From a virus: a stretch of 36,671 nt of DNA. Made by a program: the position numbers and the translations under genes. A model generated the notes under the pieces. The model made no database searches. It saw only the letters and a program-made list of their open reading frames with translations, and was not told where the DNA came from. Position 1 is the first letter of the stretch. Each line of letters opens with the position of its first letter. The stretch lies in the IMG/VR virus record IMGVR_UViG_3300038415_000180; one strand, 5' to 3'. Positions 33,676 to 36,671 of this stretch are shown piece after piece.

Positions 33676-34163
33676 TGCCTCGCTTATCCATCCGAATTGC
33701 AATGACGGACGATGAGAATCGTACCTTGGTCAGTCATGCTTGGGCCCCACTGAGTTACGAGGACTTTAACAACCCAGCTTTACTTGACCACTCTGACGGG
33801 TCGCTCGTAAACCAAACCGAGCGAGACTTGCTAGAGAGAATTCGGACTGCAATTGACCGGTCACTCCTAAGGTTTTCACGCGGGGAGCGAAGACGATTCG
33901 AGACAAGAGCGGCTAGACCAGATCTTACCGATATCAGTTTCTCTGAGAACTATGATATTGATGAGCCACGAGACGTACCCCTAGGTATAATCAGTGCTAT
34001 TCAAGCTAGTAGGGCTAATATAGCTGATCCTCAGTATATGCATATACTCACTGAAGCAGAGCGTATGGCCGTTATAGGTAAGGTCATCCCAAAAGAGGAC
34101 GAGCCTCTACTGAAACCAGAACCAAAGCGCCTGAATCGTTACCAGCGTAAGCCAGTCATCTGA
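33675..34163 (+). CDS. Hypothetical protein, 162 aa, ending ...KRLNRYQRKPVI* (the shared tag).
   Basis: ORF with a TGATG overlap with the upstream gene. Confidence 0.55.
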   Translation: MPRLSIRIAMTDDENRTLVSHAWAPLSYEDFNNPALLDHSDGSLVNQTERDLLERIRTAIDRSLLRFSRGERRRFETRAARPDLTDISFSENYDIDEPRDVPLGIISAIQASRANIADPQYMHILTEAERMAVIGKVIPKEDEPLLKPEPKRLNRYQRKPVI

Positions 34164-34179
34164 TGGTGTAACCGATTGG

Positions 34180-34821
34180 ATGCGCCAACGTTATGGAGAC
34201 TGGGTTCAGACTTTGACTGGGAATAGGTTCTATGTCCTGGACCCGGAACCCGAAGACATTAGAATCGAGGACATATCGGGCTCATTGGGGAAGATTTGCC
34301 GCTTCAATGGCCACCCGCGCGTCCCCTATTACGTGGGGCAACATTGTACTCTCGGCTCGTATGTCGTGGAGGAGCAAACCAAAAACCTGATCTTGGCCCT
34401 TGCCTTTCACCTCCATGACTCTGGTGAATCCTATCTTGGAGATATGACGCGTCCCCTGAAAGGAATGCCCGAACTCGAAGCTTACCGACTGGCTGAAAGT
34501 AAGCTGAGTCGGACCATCGAAAAAAGGTTTAGGCTCCCAGAGGGCATACTCGAAGACAAGGTCATCAAGGAAGTGGATAACCGGATGCTTTTCACGGAGA
34601 AGAGGGATCTGCTCGTGGCTCTTCAATGGGGGCATTCCGTTCAACCGTATGACTTCAAGATCAAGCCTTGGGGGTGGAGAAAGACCCAACGTAAGTATCT
34701 GGAACGATACCACGAGCTGTGCTTGAGACTCGATGGGTACCCGAAGATCGCTACTCAAGCTCTTCAACTCACTCGGTTACTACCCATCATAGGTACGGCT
34801 TTCTCGACAAGAGAGCAGTGA
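34180..34821 (+). CDS. HD-domain phosphohydrolase, YfbR-like 5'-deoxynucleotidase family, 213 aa.
   Basis: H...(GQHC) and HLHDSGESYLGDMTRP match the HD motifs of YfbR-type enzymes (LLHD.AEA.TGD.P.P). Confidence 0.65.
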   Translation: MRQRYGDWVQTLTGNRFYVLDPEPEDIRIEDISGSLGKICRFNGHPRVPYYVGQHCTLGSYVVEEQTKNLILALAFHLHDSGESYLGDMTRPLKGMPELEAYRLAESKLSRTIEKRFRLPEGILEDKVIKEVDNRMLFTEKRDLLVALQWGHSVQPYDFKIKPWGWRKTQRKYLERYHELCLRLDGYPKIATQALQLTRLLPIIGTAFSTREQ

Positions 34822-35496
34822 GTGACCCGGACTCCAACGTATGTCTACTACCACTTAGCCCAAATCGGGAATTGGGTTGAAGTGGTGCACGACCAGGTAA
34901 AGTCGCTCCAGGATTCTGGGTTATATGGATTCGCTGACAAGATATTCTTCGGAACACTAGGTGAAAACCGAGTATCGCTCCCTGACAAGTTCGAGATGCT
35001 CTTTCACAACCCCGACATCCGGCTGTACGAGATTCCTACCCTGAATGCCCTGAGAGAGCATGCGTTGAAAGAAGACTTCAATGTCCTGTACATGCACGCC
35101 AAGGGTGTGGCCTTCGAAGAAAAGGGTAACACTATCGAGATAGTGACCTATTGGCGTAAATATCTGGAGTACTTCTGTATAGGGAAGTGGGCCGAATGCT
35201 TGCAGGCTCTAGCGAACTTCGATGCCGCAGGGTGCGAGTTTTATGGGTCTGACGAAGTTGTCGACCCACATTTCAGTGGTAACTTTTGGTGGGCTAGGTC
35301 TAGTTACCTGAGAACCCTACCTAGGGTGGAAGACATCATAGTCTCAGAGGAACACTCTTTTCCCCCACGAATGAAAGCTGAGTTCTGGGTGGGTAGCAAC
35401 CATCAGATCCGAGTCAAGGAGCTGTTTCATCACGGTCTTGATGCTTACCGTTTTGAGATCAGACCCGAGATTTACACAGTTTGGAGAAGCAAATGA
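34822..35496 (+). CDS. Hypothetical protein, 224 aa.
   Basis: ORF that starts 1 nt after the stop of the upstream gene. Confidence 0.55.
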   Translation: MTRTPTYVYYHLAQIGNWVEVVHDQVKSLQDSGLYGFADKIFFGTLGENRVSLPDKFEMLFHNPDIRLYEIPTLNALREHALKEDFNVLYMHAKGVAFEEKGNTIEIVTYWRKYLEYFCIGKWAECLQALANFDAAGCEFYGSDEVVDPHFSGNFWWARSSYLRTLPRVEDIIVSEEHSFPPRMKAEFWVGSNHQIRVKELFHHGLDAYRFEIRPEIYTVWRSK

Positions 35497-35729
35497 AGAT
35501 CTCATTCTATGTTGCGTCAGAGCCTCTCATTACGCGTACGAGGGAGGTGATAGTCGTCCCTCGTGTCGGGGAGTATGTCACTTGGCATAAGGACACGGAG
35601 TCACTCAACTTCAGAATCCTGAAGGTGATCCATGTCATGGAAGATCGTGAAGACTACAAAGTCAAAGGACAGCCGCGCGAGTCCGTCTGTCTGGTTGTCG
35701 AAAAGGTGGACCGAAGAGAATTCCAGTAA
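35481..35729 (+). CDS. Hypothetical protein, 82 aa.
   Basis: ORF that overlaps the upstream gene by 16 nt. Confidence 0.45.
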   Translation: MEKQMKISFYVASEPLITRTREVIVVPRVGEYVTWHKDTESLNFRILKVIHVMEDREDYKVKGQPRESVCLVVEKVDRREFQ

Positions 35730-35734
35730 AGGTC

Positions 35735-36064
35735 CTAGCCCCCAACTCTGCCCAACCGACCAACTCTCGATGTCCTACCCAGAGCCACATTGATGAGATC
35801 AAGAAGCGTGTCGATGTGGAACGGTTTATAAAGAAAGTAGGGGAACCCCTCTACCTCTGGCCACCCGGAAATCACGATAAACCGGTCGCGCATATCCGGA
35901 TACTGGCCCGATATCCACTTGTACAGATCCTCGGCAGATTGAAGCCCCAGCTTCAGATCAGACACGACAAGGTCGATTAACTCCGTGGTGCTTAGTGAGG
36001 ACGACAACCTGAACCCACCTGTGGGGGACGCTGTCTTGAAGATGTGGAGAGAACTTCGGGACAC
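35735..36064 (-). CDS. Hypothetical protein, 109 aa.
   Basis: ORF that converges with the preceding + gene. Confidence 0.35.
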   Translation of the reverse strand: MSRSSLHIFKTASPTGGFRLSSSLSTTELIDLVVSDLKLGLQSAEDLYKWISGQYPDMRDRFIVISGWPEVEGFPYFLYKPFHIDTLLDLINVALGRTSRVGRLGRVGG

Positions 36065-36114
36065 CCCAGAAGAGACGCTGTCAGATAACTACCAGACACT
36101 AAGAGCCCGTAGTC

Positions 36115-36671
36115 ATGCTAAGGATTGAAAATGTAAGCCCAGTCCCACTATCGGGACAGTACTGGGCTATGCTCAACCCACTGAGTCTGCTCAAGATACG
36201 CTACGGATCGTTTGGTAGTTACGGGGATGAACTCTACACCATCATTCGTTGGGGGACTGGTGGGGCGGAGGAGAGTGACCTGACTATCATGTGTCCTTTG
36301 AATGACAACTTCAGGTTGCTTAGGTGGGCCTATCCTTACACTGAATATCTGATTGCTAGGGACCTTGATGTTGACGAGTTCCGGGCTCGAACAGGGGATG
36401 TGTTCGAAGCTACCAATGGGATGCTTGTGTTCGCTGTACTAGAGACAGGAGGGGTCACTCTGTACAGCGACGAGAAGATGCCTGAGGCATCAGAGTTGAT
36501 TACCTCCGTGGTTCAACGTGGACCCGGACCGCCCATAGAAGCCCCAGTGAAGTCTCGCTACGAGAGGATAATCGATGAAGCTAAAACCAATTTTTCGATG
36601 GTACGACCTGTGGGTGGGGTTCTTTTACGAGCGAAAGTCAAAGACCCTCTACTTCTTCCCCCTACCAATGT
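36115..36671 (+). CDS. Hypothetical protein (5' partial, runs off the window end). It contains an internal tag-like KSRYERIID segment.
   Basis: An open frame runs from ATG 36115 to the window edge. An in-frame TAA at 36100 rules out an earlier start. Confidence 0.5.
   Translation, partial: MLRIENVSPVPLSGQYWAMLNPLSLLKIRYGSFGSYGDELYTIIRWGTGGAEESDLTIMCPLNDNFRLLRWAYPYTEYLIARDLDVDEFRARTGDVFEATNGMLVFAVLETGGVTLYSDEKMPEASELITSVVQRGPGPPIEAPVKSRYERIIDEAKTNFSMVRPVGGVLLRAKVKDPLLLPPTN

Noticed and set aside
34180-34821. An HD hydrolase as DatZ of a 2-aminoadenine (Z-genome) pathway.
   Set aside because: No PurZ (adenylosuccinate-synthetase-like) or MazZ partner is present in the window. Only the generic YfbR-like assignment is supported.
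1-36671. A eukaryotic giant-virus (NCLDV) origin, suggested by the MVP and the Vps4-like AAA ATPase.
   Set aside because: The sigma-70-family gene, the intrinsic terminator with a U-tract, the SD sequences, the ATGA/TGATG/GTGA coupling, the LAGLIDADG intein in a P-loop and the IS1595-type fragment all point to a bacterial or phage context. There are no intron-like interruptions.
1-36671. A CRISPR array or other short periodic direct repeats.
   Set aside because: I found no repeat-spacer periodicity. The only tandem repeats are intragenic and coding (20200-20660; 23253-23342).

Overview
This is a compact, gene-dense window of about 36.7 kb, with roughly 50% GC and genes on both strands. The gene organisation looks prokaryotic or phage-like. 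There is a clean intrinsic terminator at 4180-4225, many start codons overlap the preceding stop (ATGA, TGATG, GTGA), and a sigma-70-family factor is encoded at 31920-32504. Numerous small ORFs have no recognisable function. The ORF track marks TTG and GTG starts as M, so several starts were moved to a downstream ATG.

The genes I can recognise are:
- 1457-4093: a full-length homolog of eukaryotic major vault protein.
- 25208-28495: a 1095-aa classic-clade AAA ATPase with a 340-aa LAGLIDADG intein inside its Walker-A loop.
- 31920-32504: a FliA/sigma-28-like sigma factor.
- 32870-35729: an operon that includes a nucleoside 2-deoxyribosyltransferase-like protein and a YfbR-like HD 5'-deoxynucleotidase.
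- 7310-8227: an ATPase domain resembling a phage large terminase subunit, with atypical Walker residues.
- 20030-20875: a lysine/alanine-rich basic protein with internal repeats.
- 15875-16558: an IS1595-type transposase reduced to its N-terminal part.

Two signals recur across the window and look like one system.
- Eight unrelated proteins, plus one orphan fragment, end in the same C-terminal peptide, (IPT)RY[EKHQN]R[KD][PW]V[IL] followed by the stop codon.
- At least seven genes have a near-identical promoter, TTGAGA-N17/18-GCGTAATAC, placed only about 5 nt before the ATG, which implies leaderless mRNAs.

My main hypothesis is that the shared C-terminus is a targeting tag. The vault-like shell protein and the N-terminal domain of the AAA ATPase are the candidate receptors. 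This is inference and not a demonstrated function.
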